This document shows, piece after piece, positions 20,396 to 29,782 of a DNA stretch of 64,000 nt. The stretch is taken from the NCBI GenBank assembly GCA_963705985.1, contig CAVPLK010000002.1, forward strand, positions 39,855 to 103,854. The letters are read 5' to 3'. The notes beneath the pieces are model-generated. The model was not told where the DNA came from and ran no database searches. It worked only from the letters and a program-made list of their open reading frames with translations. Each line of letters begins with the position of its first letter. Positions within the stretch are counted from its first letter, which is position 1. The position numbers were made by a program, and so were the translations under genes. This stretch comes from an uncultured Gemmatimonadales bacterium (GTDB taxonomy: Bacteria > Gemmatimonadota > Gemmatimonadetes > Gemmatimonadales > GWC2-71-9).

Positions 20396-21912
20396 GGGAT
20401 GGCCGGCAGGTAGACGCGGAAGGTGGCGCCGAGTCCGGGCTGGCTTTCGACCTCGAGCCGGCCCCGGTGGTCCTCGACGATACCGTAGCAGATGGACAGA
20501 CCCAGCCCGGTGCCTCGACCCTGGGTCTTGGTGGTGTAGAAGGGTTCAAAGATCTTGGTCAGCTCCGCGCGCGGAATCCCCACGCCCGTATCCTGCACCT
20601 CGATGACCGCCTCCTCCCCGCGGTGCCCCCCCATCCGGCTCCGCACCGTCAGGCGGCCGTTGCCCGCCTCCATGGCGTCGAGGGCGTTGAGCATCAGCGA
20701 CATCAGCACCTGCACCAGCTGCTCGGCGTTGGCGAGGACCTGCCGCAGGTCGTCGCCGAGTTCGCGCTGCACGGTCAGTTTCTTGAACCGGGTGTGATGC
20801 TTGAGGAGAAAGAAGGTGTCCTCGATGACCGCGTTGACGTTGACCGCAGCCTTCTGCATCCCCTTGGGCCGGCTGAAGTCGAGGAGCCCGTCCACGATAT
20901 TGGTGCACCGCTCGACTTCCTTGTCAATGATGTCGATGTATTCGCGGAAGGCCGCCTGTGCCGATTCCGGCACCTCCGGGACCCGGCCCTCCATGGCCGC
21001 GGCGCAGGCGCCGATGGTGGCGAGCGGATTGTTGATTTCGTGCATGATCCCCGCGGCGAGCTGGCCCACCGCCGCCAGCTTCTCGTTCTGCATGATCCGC
21101 CGGTGGATCCGGTACCAGTCGGTGACGTCTTCCCCGATCGTGATCACGTGGGAAATCTGGTCGCCGCCGAGACGCATCGGGATCTTGCTGATCCGGTAGA
21201 AGCGCCCCCCCGCAGGGTCGTCCACCTCGATATCCATCTGGGACATCTGGCCGGACTCGAAGATCTGGTCGAACTCCGCCTTGAGTTGCTCGGCCGACTG
21301 CCGGGTGAGCACCTCGAACACCGGCCGGCCGACCACTTCGTCGCGGTGGACGCCCTGGGTGCCGGTTTCCCGCTTGCGGTTCCAGATCTGGATGCGGTAC
21401 TCGCGATCCACGACGTACAGCCCCACGGGGAGGGAATCGATGACGAGTCCGGTGAACCGGCGCTGCTCCTCGATTTGCCGGGCGCGCACGGCGACCTCGA
21501 AGGCGAGGTCCTCGGAGAGTTCGATCAGCGCGATGTGCGGCGCCAGCAGGTCCGCCACGATCGCGGCGGCGATGCGGCCCGATCCGGCGGCGATGCCCTC
21601 CAGCGAGAGCATCCCGACCACCGTGCCGTCGTGCTCCAGCGGGAGGCGGAGTCCCGCGCCGTCGACCGGCGGCAGCGCGTCGAGGGTCGGCAGGACGAAG
21701 GGCGGGGTTGCGGGGACGGGCGAGACGAAGGGAGAGAACGCCGCGCCGCTGGGCTGGCGGACCCAGATCGTGACCGACGAGGCGGGCACGCCGCGACGGA
21801 GGAGATCGGCCACCTGGCCGATCGCATCCTGGGACTCGCTCCCGTTGAGGAGCCGAGCGACGGCACCGACCAGGTCGAGCGCCCCGGCGGAGCCGGCGGT
21901 GGCTTCGGTCAC
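20392..21912 (-). CDS. GAF-like/PAS sensor histidine kinase (soluble)
   Basis: A PAS block (GLYVVDREYRIQIWN), H-box MHEINNPLATI, and the boxes LMLNALDAM, DTGVGI and GTGLGLSI. Its stop overlaps the regulator start. The start is set at GTG 21912 (TTG 21915 is possible). The upstream 130 aa of the track ORF are low-GC3 and Pro/Arg/Cys-rich, and are rejected. Confidence 0.8.
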   Translation of the reverse strand: MTEATAGSAGALDLVGAVARLLNGSESQDAIGQVADLLRRGVPASSVTIWVRQPSGAAFSPFVSPVPATPPFVLPTLDALPPVDGAGLRLPLEHDGTVVGMLSLEGIAAGSGRIAAAIVADLLAPHIALIELSEDLAFEVAVRARQIEEQRRFTGLVIDSLPVGLYVVDREYRIQIWNRKRETGTQGVHRDEVVGRPVFEVLTRQSAEQLKAEFDQIFESGQMSQMDIEVDDPAGGRFYRISKIPMRLGGDQISHVITIGEDVTDWYRIHRRIMQNEKLAAVGQLAAGIMHEINNPLATIGACAAAMEGRVPEVPESAQAAFREYIDIIDKEVERCTNIVDGLLDFSRPKGMQKAAVNVNAVIEDTFFLLKHHTRFKKLTVQRELGDDLRQVLANAEQLVQVLMSLMLNALDAMEAGNGRLTVRSRMGGHRGEEAVIEVQDTGVGIPRAELTKIFEPFYTTKTQGRGTGLGLSICYGIVEDHRGRLEVESQPGLGATFRVYLPAIP

Positions 21913-21977
21913 CAAACCCTCGTCATGAACGAAATAGAACCCGCGAAGGGACGCGGCGCCAATGGTCCCGCGCGCGC

Positions 21978-22303
21978 CTAGGGCCGCTGGCGGGAGGGCG
22001 ACGCCTGATAGTCGACCGTCCACCCGGCGGCATCCCGCCGGAGGACCAGCAATCTGGTGCGTTCGCCCTGCCCCTCGTTGGAGGGGGGGAAGTGACGACC
22101 CACGCCGAGGCGAGGTCACGATCCTGGCGCACATCGGTCCGGAGTACCTGCGCCCACGGCTCGGCCTTGGCGAGCCAGGCGGACACGGAGGAGCGGATGG
22201 CCGCTTCATCGGCCGGCACGCCCGGGGGTGGATGCGACTCCAGCCGGCATCCGGCGACGAGCAGCAGGGCCAGGGCAAGGGCGGGTGGAAATGGGACGCG
22301 CAT
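21978..22303 (-). pseudogene. Small lipoprotein (possibly NTF2/DUF4440-like), frame broken in a G7/C7 homopolymer
   Basis: MRVPFPPALALALLLVAGC (lipobox) ...DLASAWVVTSPP runs in one frame. After the run of 7 G at 22083-22089, the sensible high-GC3 continuation NEGQGERTRLLVLRRDAAGWTVDYQASPSRQRP-stop (stop at 21978-21980) is in another frame. One extra C on the coding strand would restore it. Confidence 0.55.
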
Positions 22304-22330
22304 GCGATCATGGCTCACGAAAAGAGAAGC

Positions 22331-24709
22331 TCAGGAATGCCAGGTCAGCGCGTGGGTCCCGTCGGCCTCGAAGGCCACCCGGGCGCCCCGCAGCGTCACA
22401 TCGTCCACCTGCACGGTGGCGTCGGCCGGCGTGCCCTGAAGGAAGAACTCGACGTGGATGCGCGGGCCATGCACCCGCTCGACGCGGGCTGTGACTTGCC
22501 CGAACCGGCGACGGAGCCGGACGGTGAGGACCGTCCGCCCCACCCGAACCCGCTCGATCGACATGGCGTCCCAGTCGGGGGGGAACCAGGGCGCGAACCG
22601 CACCGCGCTCTCGAGCGCGTTCGGCCGGATGCCCCAGAGTCCCTCGACGCCCAGACTCGCGACGGCCGCCGATGAGGACAGATCGCCACCGCGCTCCACC
22701 ACCCGGCCCGCAAGCTGACGCCACCGCTCGAAGCCCTCGGCGCACCGGCCCTCCTGAAAGTCCACCAGTGCCGCGGACCCAGCGAGGAAAGTAGCGGTGC
22801 CGGCCGCCGCCTGTGCAGCCCCGACCGAGACCGCCAGACCCTCCGCGACCTCCGGGTGACCAAGCGCCTCGGCCAGCGGCAGCAGCGACTCCAGCGCCAC
22901 GGCCCAGGCCGCTGCGGTGGGAGCATCACGATCCCACGATTGCGTCGCCCTTCCCAGGTCATAAGCCCGGCGAATCGCGGCCCAGCGCCGCCCCAGGAAG
23001 TCGAGCTCGCCGGTCCAGGCGGCGTACCGCGCCGCCAGCAATAAATAGAGGGGGACGACGGGCATCGTCTCATACGTGGCGAGCCCGCTGGTGGAGCACC
23101 CCTCGATGATCCTGCCGTCGACGTCCTGGGTGAGCGAAAGAAACTTCAGGGTGTCGCGAGGGGGGCCACGGTCGCCGGCGGCGAGCTGCGCGATGGCACC
23201 GAGGCAGCCGTCCCGCCCTGCATACCAGACGGCACCGGGCCGCTCGGGGCCCGCCGACTCAATCGCCAGGCAGCGACCGACACCCGGTGTGCCTGTCAGC
23301 GCGCCGTCCAGTGCGCGCTTGGCCCGCTCGAACGCCTCCGCCAGGATCGGATCCGGCGTCTCGATGGATGTGGCGTAGGTGGCCAACTCGCGCTGGTGCT
23401 CGGTGCGCTGTTTCCGGAGGCCGGCCAATCCCCGGCGGGTCAGCACTTCTCGCGAGCGATCGAGGTCGGCGGCGTCGGCGGCCCCGGTGAAGCGGATCCG
23501 GCACCGGCCACTCCCGCGCAACGCAAACCGCACCGCAGGCCCGTCCACCGGCGCCGCTTCGAGCGTGCCACCTTCCACGTCGATGATCAGCCGGAAGGGA
23601 TCGCCGACCGACCCGAGCACGGCGCGGCGTCCGCCGGGGGCCACCACCAGCTCGAGGTCGCCCGCACACCCGGCGGGATAGGGCCAGGCGCGACGGAGGT
23701 CGCTGGTCCATTCGACCAGCAGCGCCGATTCGGCGGCCGCCGACACCTCCCAGTACACGACAGGATGCTCGAGCGCCGCCATCCAGCGTTGCGATGTGCT
23801 GCCGTCGGCAGGTTGCAGCAGGGCACCCCGCGCCGACACCGAGGCCTCACGAACCACGGACCAGGGATGTATCCACGCCTCTCGAACGCCGCCCCCCTCG
23901 CCACCCGCCAGCGAGGCCCGGCGACCAGTGACGCGCCACTGCGCTGCGAGGGGCGCCGGCGAGCCGTCGAGCCAGTCGCCGCTCAGGGCAGGGAGTTCGG
24001 GAACCGGGGCGAGATCGTTCCGCAGCACCCGCTCGGCCGGGAGTGGCCAGTGCTGAACGGCAAGTGCTCGGTCGCGATGGGGAATTCCCTGCCCGACGAG
24101 CGCATTCCCGATGAGGGTGCGCAGCTGCGGTGCGCACGGCTGGTCGGCCTGTTCCGGGTGAATGCCGCTGCCGAGGCAGAGCAATCCGCCATTACCGACG
24201 GGGTACTCCCACGCCACGATGCGTGAGGAATTGAGTTCGAGGCCGACCCGTTCGACCGCCACGACTCCCGCGGCGGCCGGCCGGCCTGCGGCGTAGACCG
24301 CCCACCGATACGGCGTCCCGACCCCCGGCGACCAGGTGCAGGTCCCCTGCTGCAGCCCTGCGAAGAGGGGGTGTGGTCCGAAGCCCGCCATCCCGCGCAG
24401 CGAGGGGTCGGCGGCGCCCGCCTCCCAGAGCGTGTCGCGCACATCATCGGGGGCGATGCTCTCCACTCCGAGCGTCACCGCCACCTGCACCGCGCTGAGC
24501 GTGGCGAGCAGGCGGCCGCCGGAGAGGAGCCAGGGCTGGAGGTCGGGAGGAATCAGGGAAACGTCGTGCAGCCAGAGGCAGGCGATGTCCTGCAGCGTCA
24601 CGTCATCGAGCGCCGTCGTGACGCGTGCGCTGACGCCGGGCAGCGCGACAAGCCACTCGCGCAGCTCGCCGACCGCGCCTTCGCGGGCCACCACCACGAC
24701 CCGCCTCAC
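22331..24709 (-). CDS. Large hypothetical protein; C-terminal part resembles (alpha/alpha)6 six-hairpin glycosidase-like proteins (debranching-enzyme or rhamnosidase type)
   Basis: Uninterrupted 792-aa ORF with high GC3 and a GTG start. The C-terminal half has a helical-repeat character (PLYLLLAARYAAWTGELDFL..., AAWAVALESLLPLAEALG) followed by a beta-rich tail. The functional call is inference only. Confidence 0.6.
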   Translation of the reverse strand: MRRVVVVAREGAVGELREWLVALPGVSARVTTALDDVTLQDIACLWLHDVSLIPPDLQPWLLSGGRLLATLSAVQVAVTLGVESIAPDDVRDTLWEAGAADPSLRGMAGFGPHPLFAGLQQGTCTWSPGVGTPYRWAVYAAGRPAAAGVVAVERVGLELNSSRIVAWEYPVGNGGLLCLGSGIHPEQADQPCAPQLRTLIGNALVGQGIPHRDRALAVQHWPLPAERVLRNDLAPVPELPALSGDWLDGSPAPLAAQWRVTGRRASLAGGEGGGVREAWIHPWSVVREASVSARGALLQPADGSTSQRWMAALEHPVVYWEVSAAAESALLVEWTSDLRRAWPYPAGCAGDLELVVAPGGRRAVLGSVGDPFRLIIDVEGGTLEAAPVDGPAVRFALRGSGRCRIRFTGAADAADLDRSREVLTRRGLAGLRKQRTEHQRELATYATSIETPDPILAEAFERAKRALDGALTGTPGVGRCLAIESAGPERPGAVWYAGRDGCLGAIAQLAAGDRGPPRDTLKFLSLTQDVDGRIIEGCSTSGLATYETMPVVPLYLLLAARYAAWTGELDFLGRRWAAIRRAYDLGRATQSWDRDAPTAAAWAVALESLLPLAEALGHPEVAEGLAVSVGAAQAAAGTATFLAGSAALVDFQEGRCAEGFERWRQLAGRVVERGGDLSSSAAVASLGVEGLWGIRPNALESAVRFAPWFPPDWDAMSIERVRVGRTVLTVRLRRRFGQVTARVERVHGPRIHVEFFLQGTPADATVQVDDVTLRGARVAFEADGTHALTWHS

Positions 24710-24730
24710 GGTGTGTGCCGACGCGGCGGG

Positions 24731-25336
24731 CTACTTGCCGTAGCGCCCCGCGACGACATCCCAGTTGACCACGTTCCACCACGCCGCCATGTAGTCCGGG
24801 CGCCGGTTCTGATACTTGAGGTAGTAGGCGTGTTCCCAGACATCGCAGCCGAGGAGGGGGGTGCGGCCGGAGGAGAGGGGGCTGTCCTGGTTCGGCGTGC
24901 TCTCGACGACGAGCTTGCCGGAGGTATCCATCGAAAGCCAGGCCCAGCCGGACCCGAAGCGGGTCGCGCCGGCCTTGGCGAACTGTTCCTTGAAGGTGCC
25001 GAACGCCCCGAAGGTGTCCTTGATCGCCGTGGCGAGCGCGCCGCCCGGTTCGGTGGCGCCGCCCGGCGTCATCATTTCCCAGAAGATGGTGTGGTTGTAG
25101 TGCCCGCCGCCGTTGTTGCGGACCGCCGTCCGGATCTCCTCCGGGACCATTTCGAGATCGGCGAGGATCGCCTCGATGGCCTTCCCGCTGAGGGCAGCCT
25201 GGCCGTCGAGCGCCGCATTCAGGTTGTTGACGTAGGCGGCGTGATGCTTGTCGTGGTGGATCCGCATCGTCGCTTCGTCGATGTGGGGCTCCAGCGCGGT
25301 GTAATCATAGGGGAGGGGGGGCAGGGCGAACGTCAT
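24731..25336 (-). CDS. sodA: Fe/Mn-family superoxide dismutase (Mn-type residues)
   Basis: 201 aa with [28 protein letters not shown] and [18 protein letters not shown]. The TPNQDSPL block is typical of the Mn form. AGGAG lies upstream. Confidence 0.95.
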   Translation of the reverse strand: MTFALPPLPYDYTALEPHIDEATMRIHHDKHHAAYVNNLNAALDGQAALSGKAIEAILADLEMVPEEIRTAVRNNGGGHYNHTIFWEMMTPGGATEPGGALATAIKDTFGAFGTFKEQFAKAGATRFGSGWAWLSMDTSGKLVVESTPNQDSPLSSGRTPLLGCDVWEHAYYLKYQNRRPDYMAAWWNVVNWDVVAGRYGK

Positions 25337-25409
25337 AATGGACTCCTGATAATGGCGAGCGAATAGGTCCGGCTTGACTCCCGCAATATGGACGGCCCTC
25401 GGGGGAGGG

Positions 25410-26288
25410 TCAACGCGAGTCGGATTCCTCCCGCGACGCTTGCGAGGCGAGCTGTGCCAGCAACCCGGTGACCGCCGCGGTCAGGAGCACGGTGAATACG
25501 ACTTCCTGATCGAGCAAGGCGGGCCAGACGAGAAAGGTGCCGAAAGCGGCGGCGAGGGCGACCACCCGGGGCCGCGCCTGTCCGCCGAGCGCGGCGGCAG
25601 ACAGGACCAGCCAGCCGCCGATGGTCGCGTCGGGAGCGGAGAATGTCGCCGCACAGGCGATGGCACCGAGTGCCAGCGAAGCCCGGCCGGTTGCCGCTGC
25701 CCAAATGACGCCGAGGACGGCGATGCCGACGCCGATCGGTTGCCAGGAGAGCACCCAGAGGGGCCAGAGGAACCAGGCGACATGCAACAGGATGGCGCCT
25801 GTGATGAACGCCAGGGCGCCCCAACTGTATTTGCCGCGGAGCGCAGGGATTCGGCGGTCCAGCCACCGGACCCCCCGCCCCAGTCCGAGCCCCTCGGCCA
25901 CCATCCAGTAGAGGAGAGCGTCGAAGGCGAGGGCACCGGCGCTGAGCACCGCCGGGAGCGCCCCTCCCCTGTCCAGCGTGGGCCAGGCGGCAGCGAGGCC
26001 CGCCACGACCGCAACCCCGCCGGACCAGAGCGCCACACCGCCGACGCTCAGACGGGTGCGTGCCCGCCAGGCCGCGATCCCGAGCAGCGCGGGTCCGAGG
26101 AGGAGCAGCGCCCCGCTGACCCAGACGGTCAGCGAGGGGCCGTGAAAATCAGGGAGGAAGGGGAGGCTCGCGGCGCCGAGCAGAAAAGCGGGGATGCCGA
26201 GCGCGCCGCGCAGACGGTCCGCCCGACCGGGGAGGAGGAGCGCCGCCGCCACCATCGCGGCGTAGGCGATGGGCACGATGCTGGTCAC
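25410..26288 (-). CDS. Hypothetical polytopic membrane protein
   Basis: 292-aa ORF with about 8 hydrophobic segments and high GC3. I recognise no family. Confidence 0.6.
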   Translation of the reverse strand: MTSIVPIAYAAMVAAALLLPGRADRLRGALGIPAFLLGAASLPFLPDFHGPSLTVWVSGALLLLGPALLGIAAWRARTRLSVGGVALWSGGVAVVAGLAAAWPTLDRGGALPAVLSAGALAFDALLYWMVAEGLGLGRGVRWLDRRIPALRGKYSWGALAFITGAILLHVAWFLWPLWVLSWQPIGVGIAVLGVIWAAATGRASLALGAIACAATFSAPDATIGGWLVLSAAALGGQARPRVVALAAAFGTFLVWPALLDQEVVFTVLLTAAVTGLLAQLASQASREESDSR

Positions 26289-26312
26289 CGGCGCTCCCTC
26301 CTTCGGGCGGCG

Positions 26313-28097
26313 TTACTTGCCCGTCATGATCCCCTGCCGAATCTGGACCGCACTCGGCGAGGCATCGGGATCGACCACGAGGCGGTAGCTGACGATCGTC
26401 ACGAAGCGGAGCGGCATCTGCAGGGTGAGCCGGTTCTCGCCGCGCTGCACCATCACCGGAATGATGGTCCCGTCGGCGCCAGTGCCGTACTTGGCCCGGA
26501 ACTCGGCGGCCCAGTTCGGCTTCGCGGCGTCGAATTCCCCGACTCGGACCAGTTCGTCGCCCGCGAGCCCACCCGCTTCGCTGTACGCGGAACCCGGCGC
26601 GACCGCAATCACGGCGGCCGCGTTGTCGTTCGAACTCTGGATGCCGAGCCGCGCGATGCGGTTGCTGTCCACCAGCGCCGAGAGGCCCGCGAGGGCAAAG
26701 TCCGCGGCGTAGGGAAACGGGTCTCGCCCGTCAATATAGCGGGCGTTGAACTCGGTGAAGGAAACGCCACCGGCCGCGGTGGAGACCGCCTCCCACCATT
26801 CCTTGCCGGTGAACCCCCTGCCCTTTTCGTAGGTCGACCGATAGAGCGACGCCATCACGTCGTCGAGCGACTTCCGGTTGCCGCTGGCGGCGCGGATGCG
26901 GATGTCGAGCAGCATTCCGGCCAGCGACCCCTTCGGATAGTAGATCGACCCCGTCCCGTCCGTCATCCCGATCCACGCCGACAGCGAGGCGTCTTCGAGC
27001 GACACCACCGGAACGTCCGCCACTTCCTGCATCTTCCCGGCGGTCAGCGCCAGAAACTCCGCGGCATCGATGACGCCGGCGCGCACCAGGGCCACATCGG
27101 CGTAGTAGTCGGTGATGCCCTCGCTCACCCAGAGCCAGGGGGTCGGCATCCAGCGGTCGTACGCGTAGGGCACCATGTCCGCCGGCCGGAACCGCTTCAC
27201 GTTCCAGAGGTGGAAGATCTCGTGCGCGGTGATGGAAGGCAGAACCGGGTTGCCGATGAGCAGCGGCGTGTAGATGCCCACGTGAGAGTTCTGGTGTTCG
27301 AGGGCGCTGCCCCCGCCGTACTCCTCGTCGAAGATGAGCAGGTTGGTATAGCTCTCGTAGGGGGCGACCCCGAACACCGCGATCTCGACCGGGAGGTACT
27401 GCTTCAGCTCGGTCCAGAACGTCGCGCGCGGCGCGCCGGCCAGGGTACCGGCCGGATAGCTCGCCAGGCGGACCCACTTCCCCTCCACCTGGGCGCTGTC
27501 GAAATCGAATTGCCCGATGAAGAACGGCATGTCGACGAGGTCGTGGTAATTGGCGGCGCGATACGCGCGGGGGGCACCAGCCGGAGTCATGCCGGTGGCC
27601 ACCCGCCAGGCCGGCTCGGTGGTGACCGTGACCGTCGCCGGGAACTCGAGGCTGCGGCCTTCCGGATAGAGGAACACGTTGGTCCCGTTGACCAGCAGGA
27701 AGTCGGATCGGCTCCACGCCATGGCGTTGTCGAGCTGATTGGCCAGGAAGTCGAAGGTGATCGTGACCTCACCGCGCCCGGAGGGCCGGATCCGCCAGGT
27801 GTCGGGATCGGCCTTGTCCCACGAGAGGGGGGCGCCGCCCTGGGTGACGTGGAGGCTCGAGACCCGCCGCGCAAAATTGGAGATCTCGTAGGCGCCCGGC
27901 GTCCAGCTCGGCAGCGAAAGGAGCACCGGATCGCTCCCGGCCACCTGGAACCGGGTGGTGACGGTGAGGCTCTGCGCCTGCGCCGTCGTGCGGGTGAAGG
28001 TCAGGTCATAGCGGATGTCAGTGACAGGCGCGGACTGCTGGGCCAGGGCGGCGGTGGGCAGTGCCGCGACGGCGAGGAGAGTCAGAAGGCGACGCAT
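26313..28097 (-). CDS. M61 family glycyl aminopeptidase with C-terminal PDZ domain
   Basis: The HExxH site HEIFHLWNVKRFRP is typical of M61. A PDZ-like segment (EAGGLAGDELVRVG) is present. The signal peptide MRRLLTLLAVAALPTAALAQQ starts at ATG 28097; TTG at 28112 is an alternative. Confidence 0.85.
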   Translation of the reverse strand: MRRLLTLLAVAALPTAALAQQSAPVTDIRYDLTFTRTTAQAQSLTVTTRFQVAGSDPVLLSLPSWTPGAYEISNFARRVSSLHVTQGGAPLSWDKADPDTWRIRPSGRGEVTITFDFLANQLDNAMAWSRSDFLLVNGTNVFLYPEGRSLEFPATVTVTTEPAWRVATGMTPAGAPRAYRAANYHDLVDMPFFIGQFDFDSAQVEGKWVRLASYPAGTLAGAPRATFWTELKQYLPVEIAVFGVAPYESYTNLLIFDEEYGGGSALEHQNSHVGIYTPLLIGNPVLPSITAHEIFHLWNVKRFRPADMVPYAYDRWMPTPWLWVSEGITDYYADVALVRAGVIDAAEFLALTAGKMQEVADVPVVSLEDASLSAWIGMTDGTGSIYYPKGSLAGMLLDIRIRAASGNRKSLDDVMASLYRSTYEKGRGFTGKEWWEAVSTAAGGVSFTEFNARYIDGRDPFPYAADFALAGLSALVDSNRIARLGIQSSNDNAAAVIAVAPGSAYSEAGGLAGDELVRVGEFDAAKPNWAAEFRAKYGTGADGTIIPVMVQRGENRLTLQMPLRFVTIVSYRLVVDPDASPSAVQIRQGIMTGK

Positions 28098-28112
28098 GGG
28101 GCTCGAGAGCAA

Positions 28113-28177
28113 GGGGTGGGCAGGGAGGCAGGGCGGCAGATCGGCAGGGCTGCGGGGCAGCGGGGCCGGGCTGCGGG
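28113..28177. repeat. G-rich (GGGCAG/GGGGCAGC)n tract
   Basis: GGGGTGGGCAGGGAGGCAGGGCGGCAGATCGGCAGGGCTGCGGGGCAGCGGGGCCGGGCTGCGGG. Confidence 0.8.
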
Positions 28178-28312
28178 AATTTCGTCCCTACGACCCCGAT
28201 CGATCAATGGTGTCAACCTGAGTTCGAGGCCGCATCGCGGATGCGACACGGCCGCCGGCGTGCGGTGTTCCGCACGCCGACGGCCGCTGCAGCCAGGGGC
28301 TGCCAGTCGGTG

Positions 28313-29506
28313 CTACAGGCCGTAGATCGAGGCCGGGACCTTCAGCAGGTAGCTGTTGTAGTTGAAGGCCTCGTCGTAGGCCGTCCCGACGATCACCGTG
28401 CCGTCGGCCGACGCGGCCACGACGGACTGCCACCAGTAGTTCGCCGGCAGCGTGATCCCGTTGGCCGTGGCGATGTCGAGCAGCGACACGACTCCACCGG
28501 CCTGGGTCCAGAAGAACGGGAAGGGGACGCCGAAGAAGCCTTCCTGCATGGTGCCGTAGATCACCTGGCCGTTGAGGGCGGTCGCCTGGCCGTACCCGAA
28601 GTACCCCTCGTAGCTGCCCGAGGCGACGTTGATGGTGCCGAGCGCCGAGCTCCAGACGAACGGCATCTGGTTCCAGACGCCAGTCACGACCAGGCCGTTG
28701 CCGGAGATGGCCAGCACCTCGCCTGGGCTGTCGTCGGTGAAGACCCCGCCGCCGGGCACGAAGGAGCCGACCCCGTTCGCGGTCCACATCGCCGGGCGGC
28801 GGTCGATCCAGTAGGTGTAGCCGCCGACGTTCGCGTACTGCGAGGCGAACCCGCCGACCATCGTGCCGTCATCCGAGATGACGGTGGCGCGGTTGCTCGC
28901 CGGATTGCCTTGCGCCGTGTCGGCGTCGCCGATCAGGTCGAGCGCGATGAAGCCGCCGGGGCCGGCCGCGTCCGTCCAGAGGAACCCCTCGGCGTTGCAG
29001 AGGTTCCACATGAGGCCGACCGTGGTGTGACCCGCCGTGTCGATGTCCCAGGCGCCGCTGAGGTCCTGCGCCCCGGTCTCAGAGTCAAACTCGCAGCCGT
29101 CCGTGTAGATGCTGCCCAAGTCCAGCCAGCCGGTGCCTTCCTGCCAGAGGCCGGCGATTTCCGGCTTGCCGTGGATGGCGCTGACCCGCTTGCCGTTGGA
29201 GATGCCGGTGGTGAAATCCCACAGCCCGTCCCCGGCGGACCCCTTCAGGGTCGTGGTGCCGGTGGCCACGTCGAAGAAGTAGAACTCCGCGGTGATCGAC
29301 TGGTAGTCGCTGAGGAGCACGGTGGTGCCGTTCGGCGTCGATGTCTTCGGCGCGCAGGCTCGGGATCACGACGAGGCTGGCATCGGGAATCGGGGTCGGT
29401 TCGGTGGGGTCGTCGCTGCAGGCGGCGACGGTACCGGCCAGCAGGCCGACGACGAACAGCGAGCGCAGGGCGCGCGCCGACGGGTCCAGCGGTGGGTCTC
29501 GGTCAC
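28313..29506 (-). pseudogene. Secreted lipoprotein with repeated beta-propeller-like units; needs two frame changes near the 5' end as sequenced
   Basis: The body (335-aa ORF) has repeated G-x-V-x-G..W units. The GTG at 29506 has GGAG 5 nt upstream and gives MTETHRWTRRRA. The next segment, LRSLFVVGLLAGTVAACSDDPTEPTPIPDASLVVIPSLRAEDIDA, is in a second frame (change near 29469-29476). The body resumes, as TPNGTTVLLSDYQ, in the first frame (change near 29330-29350). Confidence 0.6.
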
Positions 29507-29782
29507 TTGCACTCCGGTGGTAATGTGTGGGGCGTGGCAATGCCACATCTCGCGACCCATCACGAGGGCGAGACTGGAAGGGTTGGAGCACAGAGTCAGG
29601 GGGACTCGGGCATGCGAACCAGCGGGGGGGCCTGCCGTGCGCTGCGGGCACAAGGATAGACGGGGGTCCCGGAACTGTCAATCGGGGGCGGGCGGGGTGC
29701 CAACGGCCCCCGATGGGGCTATTTTCTGGGCATTCCCCGCCAGCACGACGGCGCCCCTGCAGCCCCAGTTGAGGTGCACGAG

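Noticed and set aside
19731-20549. N-terminal 270 residues of the 759-aa minus-strand ORF (18270..20549)
   Set aside because: This part is Pro/Arg-rich nonsense that overlaps the OmpR-type regulator gene out of frame. The kinase starts at GTG 19730, overlapping the regulator stop.
21913-22311. N-terminal 130-residue extension of the 639-aa PAS kinase ORF
   Set aside because: It has low GC3 and a Cys/Pro/Arg-rich composition. The same DNA encodes the (frameshifted) lipoprotein in other frames.
25374-28325. 983-aa plus-strand ORF
   Set aside because: It is an antisense shadow of the membrane protein and the M61 peptidase genes, with the same low-complexity composition.
29700-29730. Terminator-like hairpin GCCCC cgat GGGGC followed by TATTTTCT in the divergent intergenic region
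   Set aside because: The stem is short (5 bp) and no upstream plus-strand gene or RNA exists for it to terminate. It could be part of a 5' leader of the DUF4136 gene, but I cannot support a call.
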